Positions 43,784 to 53,110 of a stretch of DNA of 64,000 nucleotides are shown here, piece by piece. A program made the position numbers and the translations under genes. Every line of letters starts with the position of its first letter. The stretch's first letter is position 1. Location of the stretch: positions 297,491 to 361,490 of IMG/VR virus record IMGVR_UViG_3300034073_005389; one strand, 5' to 3'. Under the pieces are notes generated by a model. That model searched no databases and was not told the origin of the DNA. It saw only the letters and a program-made list of their open reading frames with translations.

Positions 43784-44920
43784 CTACCATAAAGGAACAA
43801 CTCTGCCTTTTATATATTCTAATTGATTACTTAAAGTCTTATCATACTCTCTAGCATAATCTAAAAATACTTTTTTAATATTAGGAATATCTTTTTTGGG
43901 AGCTATTTTGTATATCTTATACGAAAGATTTCTTAACCAATCATATTTCGTGGGGGGAATGTTAGCAATAGATTTATTAATATTATCTATCAGACGTTGA
44001 GGATTAGTTGCCATCACACCCCCCATATCAGTATAATATATATCTATAGGAGATAAACTGTCTACAAACTTAGATATCCCACCTTGTTTCCTATGATATA
44101 ACATCATATCAGGAAATAAATCTTGTAAAGAAGATTCACTTATATTCTTAGTAGAAATAGCTCCAGGTATTGGATTATTAATAAAAAATAGAGACATGAT
44201 TATGGTGTTCCATAAATCAACTTTATATTCCAAGAAAGATGATACATCATCCAATAATGGATGATATTCTTTCTCTGTATATACTTTTACCGATATCTCA
44301 TAATCTTTAGAAATTGCATCTATTATTTTTTCTGGAAGTGAATCCGAAAAAAATTGATCAAATAATTCAGTTGGACCACCAAGTAAGTGATGACCTATAT
44401 CGTGATCAAGTGCTAATGGATTCTTAGCATCATTAATATCTAAATCGTTAGCTAATATCGTAACGCTATTCTCAGCATTACTAAATAACTTATTCCAATT
44501 ATCTAATAAATACTCTGCCTTTTCCTTCACACGTTGATCTACATCCTTTGAATCAGGTCTTAAAAGACCTTCAAGTTTCTCTTTGAAATCTTCTACCGGT
44601 AAACCATATTTTCCTAGATCAAATGTATAATTGGTAAATATAATGTGATATGGTATGTCGGTCCCACCAAAATAACTCCTATATTCCTCAATAGGAGATA
44701 TATTAGCTCTTCCACCAGTAGAAGGTATTTCCTCTTTTGTAGAAGGAATACCCTCTAAAATAGGCTCCTCGCCCTCATCACCCTCATCACCCTCATCACC
44801 CTCATCACTATAATGTATTAGATTTCCACCTAGATCTCCACCTAGATAATCAGGTAATACTGTAAGCCTAGCTATCTTATAATAAAAATCTATTTTTCTT
44901 AGTAATCTCTTATCCAACAT
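43784..44920 (-). CDS. Hypothetical protein, possible HDxxH metal site
   Basis: 378 aa; DEG x4 repeat; LDHDIGHH. Confidence 0.65.
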   Translation of the reverse strand: MLDKRLLRKIDFYYKIARLTVLPDYLGGDLGGNLIHYSDEGDEGDEGDEGEEPILEGIPSTKEEIPSTGGRANISPIEEYRSYFGGTDIPYHIIFTNYTFDLGKYGLPVEDFKEKLEGLLRPDSKDVDQRVKEKAEYLLDNWNKLFSNAENSVTILANDLDINDAKNPLALDHDIGHHLLGGPTELFDQFFSDSLPEKIIDAISKDYEISVKVYTEKEYHPLLDDVSSFLEYKVDLWNTIIMSLFFINNPIPGAISTKNISESSLQDLFPDMMLYHRKQGGISKFVDSLSPIDIYYTDMGGVMATNPQRLIDNINKSIANIPPTKYDWLRNLSYKIYKIAPKKDIPNIKKVFLDYAREYDKTLSNQLEYIKGRVVPLW

Positions 44921-45253
44921 ACTAAGAATAAGTATTTATTAGCTGGCGGCTACTTATAAACAATAAAACTAAAATATTATCCAATGTAGCCCCATGTACA
45001 AATAGATATCACTTCTCCAGTTCCTTTACCAATCTTTCAATCTGATTCCATTCTCTTTCAGATAAATGAACCCTAAACTCACCTTCATTGGAATCAGAAC
45101 AACTAGATCGTAGAACCCTTATTCGGGATAACCTAAGAACTAATTCATTTGCGATTGGAACATTGAATCCAAATAATGGATCATTATCTTTTGTCTCACA
45201 CTTATTACTGCAATCACACATATAGGCGCGCTCCTATTGTCAAAATATAATAG

Positions 45254-45337
45254 TGCTCAAAGTGGGACTCGAACCCACACGGTTATTATAACCCGCAGAT
45301 TTTAAGTCTGCTGCGTATGCCATTCCGCCATTTGAGC
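45254..45337 (-). tRNA. tRNA-Leu(TAA)
   Basis: GCAGA-CT-TAA-AA-TCTGC; closely related to the 38067 copy. Confidence 0.93.
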
Positions 45338-45424
45338 AATATACCCACTTTTATACCATAAGGGATTAGTGGGAACACCTGCCGTTTTTTATCTAGGAGG
45401 ATAACGGTCAACCTAAATCTCTAC

Positions 45425-45865
45425 TCAATAATCATCATACGATGAGTACCGACTCTCCATATAATCGTAATACGATTCCATCTCATTGTGATGCTCATAT
45501 GGGCGCGCAAGTCGAACACCCAACACATTCAACATCTCCTCAATCACATTCATGCGAATGAGTGGTTCATTTTTCTTCTCATCTACTTCTTTATAGAAGT
45601 TCTCAATAGCCTCTTCTCGAAGCTCTGCAATCTCATCCTTAGAAAGATTAGGATTCTTCTCCAAAGCCGCGTATTCTGCCTCATACGCAATCTCATCTGC
45701 CAAATCGCCCAACATATCATGTTCTTCATCAGCAGGACAAATATAATCCGTACTACGATCCAAACGATTCCATTCATCAACCAACTTACTAATCATCTCA
45801 AGCTTGATACGCGATTGCATGCTTTCGTCATTGAGAGAATCATCCAAAATCACATAGCTTCGCAT
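45425..45865 (-). CDS. Acidic hypothetical protein, paralog of 54281-54739
   Basis: RPYEH.NE.E.Y..YME C-terminal motif. Confidence 0.7.
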   Translation of the reverse strand: MRSYVILDDSLNDESMQSRIKLEMISKLVDEWNRLDRSTDYICPADEEHDMLGDLADEIAYEAEYAALEKNPNLSKDEIAELREEAIENFYKEVDEKKNEPLIRMNVIEEMLNVLGVRLARPYEHHNEMESYYDYMESRYSSYDDY

Positions 45866-45899
45866 ATATATACCTCTGTGTGAATGTTTGTTTACAGTA

Positions 45900-45985
45900 T
45901 GGTGCCGCCAACAGGACTTGAACCTGTATGCTCAATGAGCAAAAGATTTTGAATCTTCCGTGTATGCCGATTCCACCATGGCGGC
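45900..45985 (-). tRNA. tRNA-Leu(CAA), CCA encoded
   Basis: GAAGA-TT-CAA-AA-TCTTT; body resembles Leu-TAA at 31398. Confidence 0.92.
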
Positions 45986-46166
45986 TTATTTAGGGTAAGT
46001 AACAACCTACCCTTCACTTCTAATGAATTAGGTTAACCGATGGGAAACCCTGTTCATAACAATAGGCAGTTTAGACACATGCCCAGGTGTATCTTACTAT
46101 AATCACCATGCTACCAAATGTCAACTCTCAAGTATTTTATAAATATATAGGCTGTCAATGGCAAGA

Positions 46167-46400
46167 TTAGATTTCCACCATTGCCAAACGCACATTGGTA
46201 AACGTATACGGAACACCATCCGGCGTCTTATCAGGAAGATAGGAAAGCAGCTTCCTAGCCGCTTCATCCCTATTAGGAGAAGTACGAATACACTCAAGCA
46301 TCAGTCGATACAAGGGTTCATCATTACCCAGCCAAAGACACACATTCCAAGCGTTGTAGTTCTTATGCCCGTTATACTTCTTAGACATTTGTGCCTCCAC
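46167..46400 (-). CDS. Conserved hypothetical phage protein
   Basis: YNG..NY..WNV.LW..NDE.LY, TPDG. Confidence 0.75.
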   Translation of the reverse strand: MEAQMSKKYNGHKNYNAWNVCLWLGNDEPLYRLMLECIRTSPNRDEAARKLLSYLPDKTPDGVPYTFTNVRLAMVEI

Positions 46401-46413
46401 TAGACTTGAGTAG

Positions 46414-46734
46414 TTAGACCCACATTCCTTCGTGGAAAGGAACTACATTTCCATCCTTTTTCCGAAAAAACCATTTGAACTTTCGCTGAAAAAGATCTCC
46501 ACGAGAACCAATAGCCTGATTGATTCTCCTCTTGGTGGTTACACCCCTATAGTTGTTTGTAAGCAACTGAACATCCCCGTTCTTATTCCAAGTCACCACT
46601 GGAGTATTATGGTAAAACAAACCAATGGCATCAGCGGTAATACGAGCAACCCTCGTTGCCTTCTTACCACGAACATTCTTGCTATTCTTGCCATTCAAGA
46701 ACTGTTCCGCCGAAACATAGCTACAAGGAATCAT
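46414..46734 (-). CDS. Hypothetical basic protein
   Basis: TTKRRIN motif. Confidence 0.65.
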   Translation of the reverse strand: MIPCSYVSAEQFLNGKNSKNVRGKKATRVARITADAIGLFYHNTPVVTWNKNGDVQLLTNNYRGVTTKRRINQAIGSRGDLFQRKFKWFFRKKDGNVVPFHEGMWV

Positions 46735-47087
46735 AAATACCTCTTCAACTATTAGAGTAATAGGTTACAATAACTGCTTGATATTCACCAGCAGTATTTA
46801 CCACAACTCCAAGTACCGCTCCCATTCCTCCAGGAAAAGAACTTCTCTCATAAGCAATAACATGCTTACGACCATGCATATAAGCATCTTCAGCAGAAGA
46901 AAATAGTTCTGGCAAAACCACAGGTTCTCTAGGAAACGGATTATGAAAACTATAAAAGGGAAGCCCATTAGAATAATGACCCTTTGGATTTAGGTCTAAA
47001 ACCTGAATGTTCATTGTAAACCTCTTATAAGAAAACTTCTTGATTATAAGATTAGGTATTTCAGAATAAGCCCCTGGCTACTTCCAC

Positions 47088-47150
47088 TACAGAAGCGCGG
47101 AATCGAACCGCACGCAGTTTCTAGTTTCGTGCACAAAACTATACTTCTGC
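47088..47150 (-). ncRNA. Reduced tRNA-like RNA (acceptor + T arm + one hairpin)
   Basis: GCAGAAG/CTTCTGT, TGCGG-TTCGATT-CCGCG, TAGTTTTG-TGCA-CGAAACTA. Confidence 0.5.
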
Positions 47151-49067
47151 TTATTCAGATAAGTTAGCTACTCTTACCTTGAAATACCTAATCTTATAAA
47201 CAAAAATATTAGGCAGTTTATACACATGCCCAGGTGTCAACATGATTGACTCCTTCATTCCAGAAACTATTTTACCACTTATACAAACACATAACAAAAA
47301 CAATACCACCCGAAACAAACCAAGAGCCAACCATAACCAAAAACCCAGTTTGTGCCGACATACTAACCTCTATAGTTATGTGATTTGTTGAATACAAAAA
47401 GGCAGTTTATACACATACCCAGGTGTATAAACTACGCTCAGTCTTCGATCCCGCCTTTGCGGAAGGCTTGGAAGACTTTACCAATGAAATAAGCGGGGAT
47501 GCAGATGAGCTTGGGGGGATTATGCGCCTCGGGTCCGGCGAGAACCAAGATTTCGTATTCGTCAGTCTCCGTGTTGTATCCAACAAGAACGTCATCGTTC
47601 AGAACGAGTTTGTTTTTCATGTGCTATCCTTTCAGAGTGAACTTTGAACCGCCATGTTTAGAGCAACAGAACAATCCATTCAGGAGTAACTTTGCACTAG
47701 ACACTTTGCCGCATTACGAATGATCCTCATCACAGCCTCCTTGTAGAATCACACACATTTGTGTATTATAATAAACCAACAAGCCGAGAGACTAAATAAA
47801 AATATGTCTCTCTTTCTTGCTGCAACAAGCAAACGATTATAGCTTATCTACTTGCAGGTAAATAAACCTTATCGTTTCTTTATAATCACTTGTTGGCTTA
47901 TTGTAATACACAAGGCAGTTTATACACTTGCCTAGGTGTTTGGGTTATTTGGTAAAAATAAGTGGGGCATTTGGTAAAAATAGGATTTGCACCTATTTCT
48001 CCCTATCCAGGGCGAGTTAGCTATACTCCTTTACCACTATCCCCGGTCCTATTAGATTGATAGGTAATCTCACTAATAGGTATTAGGTAGTTTAGACACT
48101 TGCCTAGGTGTGTATGGCTATTCTCTGAAAGGCTCCCAGGTTACTATCCTCGGTCCTATTAGATTGACTAAGAGGTAATAAAAATGGCAACCATCCAAAC
48201 ATCTTTATCCACGGTTGCCATCACCGGATAAAGAAATAGCAACCATCTCAACATACTTTACCCACGGTTGCCATCACCGAGTAAAGCTGGAACGGTTTCA
48301 GGTAAATCCGCCAACCAAAACTATTAGGCAGTTTATCCACTTGCCCAGGTGTATTCCTCACGGCAAGAAATACCTTCCATCCACCGCATCAACCTTATCC
48401 AGCATATCCAGAATCTTGTTCTTCTCCTCGCCTTCCGACAATCCTCGAACCACCAACATCAGATTGTCCCAGGCATCCTGATCAATGCCGTATTCATCAT
48501 CCAAAAGAGACTCAATGAAGTTGAACATTGTGCTTACCTCCAATCCAACCCAACCTTGTCCCCTACCTACAATCTCCCAAGTTTACCGATGGGAACCCCC
48601 ACTTATTGCCAACAAAGCCGAAACCTTGTTGGCAATCCTGTCAATCCTCTACCCGCTCCAAATAACTCTCCTCCTCATTAGAGGTTTTTTTGTAACCCGT
48701 AGCCACCACAATCTCTCCCGAACTGTCCTCCGAGAATACCGCATCAGGACAAACTTGCAACACCAGTTGCACCATTTCCGCAAAAGTGATCTTCATCACC
48801 ACCCAACCTTGTCAGGAGATACCACCAAACAAAAATACGGATTCCCAGGTTTCATCAATCGCAACTTGTTTCCCAGCTTTCCCATAAAACAATACACGCC
48901 AGCATAACCAGAAACACTTGCATACACCAAATCACCAATCCGCAAGTTCATTATGCCTCCTGTTTTATCTCCAACCAACCGCTCCCCCCACCTCTAATCA
49001 CCCAAGTTGACCGATGGGAGCCGTTTGCACTTACCAGGAAGCCCATTACAGGCTTCCCAGTAAATAA

Positions 49068-49394
49068 TCACTTTTGAAGCGCCTTCTTTTCCATATTCTC
49101 CGTGGCAACTTCCACCAGTTGCCGAACATACTTATACATCATCACTCTGGCTTTATTCAAATGATTTCCCGTCAACTTCTTACCACTCATTAGCCATTTG
49201 GCATAATAAGTGCCAAGCCTGGCATCAGGTCCATTGAAGCCTTTGCCATTCGTGTGCAATGTGGTATTGCTGGTTTGCTCATCCATGGTTTGACGAGCAA
49301 AAATAGCCAATACCGCCCTCTCCACCGCATAATCATTGCAAAGCAACAAATAACGAATGTAATCCGGACTATTCTTTTCCATCTTTTCCTCCAA
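49068..49394 (-). CDS. Conserved hypothetical phage protein
   Basis: RQT.DEQ...T.H.NG.GF...DA, KY..QL. Confidence 0.75.
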   Translation of the reverse strand: MEEKMEKNSPDYIRYLLLCNDYAVERAVLAIFARQTMDEQTSNTTLHTNGKGFNGPDARLGTYYAKWLMSGKKLTGNHLNKARVMMYKYVRQLVEVATENMEKKALQK

Positions 49395-49413
49395 AAAAAG
49401 ATTTTCAAGAACT

Positions 49414-49459
49414 TGGACGGAGGGAAAGGAATCGAACCTTTCCTACAACCATTCTCCGT
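49414..49459 (-). ncRNA. tRNA-minihelix-like element ending in CCA
   Basis: CGGAG-AATGGTTGTA-GGAAAGG-TTCGATT-CCTTTCC-CTCCG-T-CCA, intergenic. Confidence 0.5.
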
Positions 49460-49468
49460 ATTCTCTAA

Positions 49469-49801
49469 CTACTTGCGCGAAATACCACCATTCTGCCCAC
49501 GACTCGCCACAAACTTATTGCTCCCAGCAAGATAATCAGCAATCCGCTTGCTCAATCGACCATAATCCTCATACCGATTGCTAATCTTAGCAAACACCTG
49601 CCCAATCAGCAATGGCTTCACCACCTTTGCGTTATTGTTCTCATCAAAAATACTATTCAAAGCATTCTCAATCAGAATATCCTCCGAAAGATTGACATTC
49701 TCCCATTCCACCAAATCCCCCATAAACTTATTCAGCGTAGCCTCATGATCAATCGCACCCGCGTCATTACGAATAACATAGGAAACAAAATCAATCTTCA
49801 T
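49469..49801 (-). CDS. Winged-helix-like protein (AT-rich copy)
   Basis: SYVIRNDAGAIDHEATL.KFM.DL...IADYL...RGQNGG. Confidence 0.65.
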   Translation of the reverse strand: MKIDFVSYVIRNDAGAIDHEATLNKFMGDLVEWENVNLSEDILIENALNSIFDENNNAKVVKPLLIGQVFAKISNRYEDYGRLSKRIADYLAGSNKFVASRGQNGGISRK

Positions 49802-49869
49802 AATCTTTTTTTCCTTTCAGCAACCAACCATTCCCCCCACCTCTAATCACTCAGGTTGACCGATGGGCT

Positions 49870-50300
49870 AACCCATACATACTTATCTGCCTATTTACCC
49901 ATTCACACATACATACATTTTTTCTGCCCGCTTACGCACACCCGTATACCCACCAACCATAAACATACTCTCCCATTCATACACACCCCTACTTACACTC
50001 CCCCAATAACCTATAAACTATAATAAATACATTCCACCCAAACTAACTACCCAATATCTCAATACCTACACCCCCACACACATCTATATGCAAAATTTAT
50101 TCTACCTATACCTTATACAATACCACTATTCCTTATTTCCATAACTTACATTTCTCCCGCCCCCATTCTTTATTTCCCTAAATCTGCACCCCATTTCTTT
50201 CTTATTTCTACTTATTTATAAAATAGATTATGTAGTTTAGTGTATATGTGTATTGATGTGTCTATGTTTGTGTGCAGTATAATAAATAAAAAAAGTTTGT
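49870..50300. other. Non-coding strand-skewed boundary segment
   Basis: About 350 nt nearly G-free (C/A/T) on +, flipping to C-poor G/T-rich at about 50225; no ORFs. Confidence 0.7.
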
Positions 50301-50451
50301 TTTTGGCTAGGGCAAAAACCATTGTGTGCAGTTGTTTGAATCTATGCCTAAATGTGTTTTGCGCCCTAGCCAAAAAGCATTTTTTTTAGGGCTAGGGCTT
50401 ATGCCACACCCAATTGCCAACCGAATGCATTTATCCAAAAACACAAACACA

Positions 50452-50557
50452 AAAAAAAAAGCCAATGGCGGGATTTCCGCCATTGGCTTTCACACACGCA
50501 AAAAAAGACAAAAAAAAAGACAAAAAAAAAGCCCCAGCGCATTGGCGCTGGGGCTTT
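50452..50557 (-). terminator. Two tandem intrinsic terminators closing the GC-rich cassette region
   Basis: GCCAATGGCGG..CCGCCATTGGC and GCCCCAGCGC..GCGCTGGGGC, each preceded on + by long A runs. Confidence 0.8.
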
Positions 50558-50577
50558 GGGAGACGGTCAGTCAGGTT

Positions 50578-50925
50578 TCACCGAGCGATGCGCTCGACTC
50601 CGCCATTCTGACCACGCTGGGCGTGGAATCGCGTCTTGTCTCCCAAGTAATCCGCGATCTTCTTAGAGAATTCCCCGAACTGAGTGAACGAAACACCCTT
50701 TCCGAGAAGGTACTGGAACGCTTCGCCCACCACCAGGGGCTTGGGCATGCGTTTGTTATCGTGACGGTCAAAGACCGAGTTGACGGCTTCGCGGATGAGT
50801 TCGAACTCATCCGCCGAAGCGGACTCGAAAGCGATGAGGTCTTGCATGAACTTGTGGAGCGTTTGCTCGTGATCGATGGAACCATCATCCGAGCGAACCA
50901 CGTAGCTAGCGAGATTGATCTCCAT
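50578..50925 (-). CDS. Winged-helix-like protein (GC-rich copy)
   Basis: SYVVRSDDGSIDHEQTL.KFM.DL...IADYL...RGQNGG; GGAGG RBS. Confidence 0.7.
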   Translation of the reverse strand: MEINLASYVVRSDDGSIDHEQTLHKFMQDLIAFESASADEFELIREAVNSVFDRHDNKRMPKPLVVGEAFQYLLGKGVSFTQFGEFSKKIADYLGDKTRFHAQRGQNGGVERIAR

Positions 50926-51222
50926 GACTGTATCCTCCGAAGGGCGTTGCGGCGTGATTGCCTGCCCTCAATATTGGTTCTGCAGGTTGACCGATGGGTG
51001 CAACCGGGACAAAAAAACCTTTACTCAGGGGCATGTTGACCGATGGGTACAATCCATCTAAAAAACCAAAACCCCCGTTGAATAGCAGAGGTTGACCGAT
51101 GGGCGCTTTGACGCGCAGGTACATTGTAGATTAGAGGTTGACCGATGGGAACCCGATTGCACTTGGCAAAAAAAAATCCCAGGTGCCTAAGCACCTGGGA
51201 TAAGATAAGACTCACTTTAGTA

Positions 51223-51396
51223 CTAGCTGGTTCGCACCTGGTAACCCACCGCCTTCTCCAGGCTCTTGTCGGTTTGGCTCAGGTTCAGCTTGAGCGCTTC
51301 CTTACGAGCCGTAAGCAAACACTCGTACACCTTCACCACCGACTCAGACAAGGAGTTGCTTTCCAGGTCCAGCTGCAGACGAACGATCTTGTACAT
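51223..51396 (-). CDS. Cassette hypothetical protein
   Basis: AGGAGG RBS, start MYKIV. Confidence 0.6.
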   Translation of the reverse strand: MYKIVRLQLDLESNSLSESVVKVYECLLTARKEALKLNLSQTDKSLEKAVGYQVRTS

Positions 51397-51518
51397 AGAG
51401 CCTCCTATCAGGAATGACCCTGACACAGTAGTATTGCCTGGTTGACCGATGGGTGCGATCCATTAAAACTTGCTCAGGTACAGATGTACCTGAGCAAGTT
51501 AGGCTAAGCTACTACCTG

Positions 51519-52079
51519 TCAGCCGTGAGAGAAGCTGACCTTGGTGGGTCGGGTTGCCATCAGCTTGAAGTCGCTGGTGAACGTACGCTCCTTCATCACA
51601 GGTCCAGAACGCTTACCCATCACCCTGGCGATTGCCTCGTCACGGTCCACTTCCATCGTGATGTGATTAGTGGAGCCGTCTTTGTTGGTGATCTTGGAGT
51701 CAATCACCCCTCGACAACCTGGCGGTCCAGCATCTAGCTTGCGATCCACCCACCTGGACGCTTCCCCACTCATGTAGAAACCCATCTCCTCCAACACTCC
51801 ACCCTTCGCATCGTAGATGCAGGCGTTGATGGGCTTCTGCACCTTCTCACGCTGGCGTGTAGCCTTGGCTTCCTGCTTCTTCTCAGGAACCCTGAGAAGG
51901 TCTTGCAAGACCGCCTCTTGCACCAGCTTGAGCGCTGGCGTCGGATACAGCTCTCCCTTCTCCAGGCGAGCCAGAATCGAGACAGCCTCGGGAATCCCCG
52001 AAAGGAACTCCCTTTGAGCCTGCAAGAAAGCGGCAGCGGAAACCTTACCAGCGGACTGACGCAGGAACTTCTTGTGCAT
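51519..52079 (-). CDS. Cassette hypothetical protein
   Basis: GGAGG RBS, start MHKKF. Confidence 0.7.
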   Translation of the reverse strand: MHKKFLRQSAGKVSAAAFLQAQREFLSGIPEAVSILARLEKGELYPTPALKLVQEAVLQDLLRVPEKKQEAKATRQREKVQKPINACIYDAKGGVLEEMGFYMSGEASRWVDRKLDAGPPGCRGVIDSKITNKDGSTNHITMEVDRDEAIARVMGKRSGPVMKERTFTSDFKLMATRPTKVSFSHG

Positions 52080-52189
52080 AGGAACCTCCAAACAAAGCCG
52101 TGATTGGCTCACCTATGTTTGTGCAAGTTGACCGATGGGTTCAAGCCACTGAAAACGCTCTTGAGACCATGTGGTCTCAAGAGCCTAGA

Positions 52190-52399
52190 CTAGAAGCTCA
52201 AAGGCGATCCATCCTCGTGTTCAGACTCCTCCGGCAACATGTCAATGAATGGGGCTGCCGTCTCCCAATCATCCTCACAGGCACCTCCCCTGAGGTTGAG
52301 CGTGTGAATACGCTCAAAATCAGGAATATAGCTGTCCATCTCATCTTCCAACATGGGGACGGATCGAGGAACGTATTGCTTTCCCATAACTACCTCCAT
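52190..52399 (-). CDS. Cassette acidic hypothetical protein
   Basis: Between motif 52432 and 3' hairpin. Confidence 0.55.
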   Translation of the reverse strand: MEVVMGKQYVPRSVPMLEDEMDSYIPDFERIHTLNLRGGACEDDWETAAPFIDMLPEESEHEDGSPLSF

Positions 52400-52528
52400 G
52401 AACCATGATTGGTTCACAATAGGTTTAGCAAGTTGACCGATGGGCTACCTGGATTGCACTCAACAAAAAAAAACGCCCTAGTACTCGTGTGTGAGTACTA
52501 GAGCGTTTAGGTGTGTGAGACTGTTTAG

Positions 52529-53110
52529 TTACACGCCGAGAGCAGCAAGCCGCTCATCGATGTTATTGATGCGTTCTTGTTCCCACGCTTCCGCACCAGG
52601 ATCATCTTGGTTGTGAGCGTGTAGCAGTGCTTCCACTGCCACTCGACGCTGAGCAATCAAGTTGTCAATCTCTCGCTGCCTGGGATTGGGCATACCTTTG
52701 ACGTAGCCCTGCAAGGTAGCTTGAGCGGTTGGTGCTGGAGACTTGCCGTATCGCTCTTGTTGGATCAAGTACCTGGCTCGTTGCCTGGCACGATCCAACT
52801 GCAAGCTGTACAGCTCACCAGTGTATGCGCCCGTGAACTTCTCAATGGCTCTGATGATTTCTTTCTTTGTCTCCGCTTCGGACTTTTCCTTGTTTGCCAG
52901 ATTGCACTCATGGATGAACGTTTTAGCGTCCTCCAAGGTTGCAACCTTGGTCGGCATGGGCGGAGGCGTTTGAGCAGGCTTGACAGGCTTGCTTACCACC
53001 TTTCGCTCCTCGGGAATGGTCCGGATTTGGATTGTCTGACGCTTCTCTTGCAACTTGGCAAGAGACGCAGCATACAACGCAATCATTTCGCGGAGATCGA
53101 CTTTGTTCAT
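52529..53110 (-). CDS. Cassette hypothetical protein
   Basis: GGAG RBS, start MNKVD. Confidence 0.7.
   Translation of the reverse strand: MNKVDLREMIALYAASLAKLQEKRQTIQIRTIPEERKVVSKPVKPAQTPPPMPTKVATLEDAKTFIHECNLANKEKSEAETKKEIIRAIEKFTGAYTGELYSLQLDRARQRARYLIQQERYGKSPAPTAQATLQGYVKGMPNPRQREIDNLIAQRRVAVEALLHAHNQDDPGAEAWEQERINNIDERLAALGV

Larger units (their letters stand above)
46064..48352 (-). repeat. Six dispersed copies of a 27-nt element ACACCT(G/A)GGCA(T/A)GTGT(A/C)TAAACTGCCT
   Basis: Copies starting at about 46064, 47211, 47400, 47913, 48085, 48326 (+ coordinates). Confidence 0.85.
947..49867 (-). promoter_or_regulatory. Dispersed copies (16) of the CCCATCGGTCAAC promoter/operator-like motif in the AT-rich region
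   Basis: 13-mers starting (+ coordinates) at 947, 4708, 5903, 16516, 20071, 23168, 27181, 33228, 36856, 39050, 42301, 43768, 46032, 48581, 49006, 49855. All have the same orientation and are followed on - by N9-T(A/G)(T/G)A(A/G)GT; nearly all lie just upstream of minus-strand genes or tRNAs. Confidence 0.8.

Noticed and set aside
46064-48352. 27-nt repeats as a CRISPR array
   Set aside because: Spacing is irregular (about 170-1150 nt) with genes in between.
49870-50560. Chimeric join of two genomes
   Set aside because: The same 13-bp motif, the same gene orientation and two paralog families occur on both sides; not excluded without reads, but unlikely.
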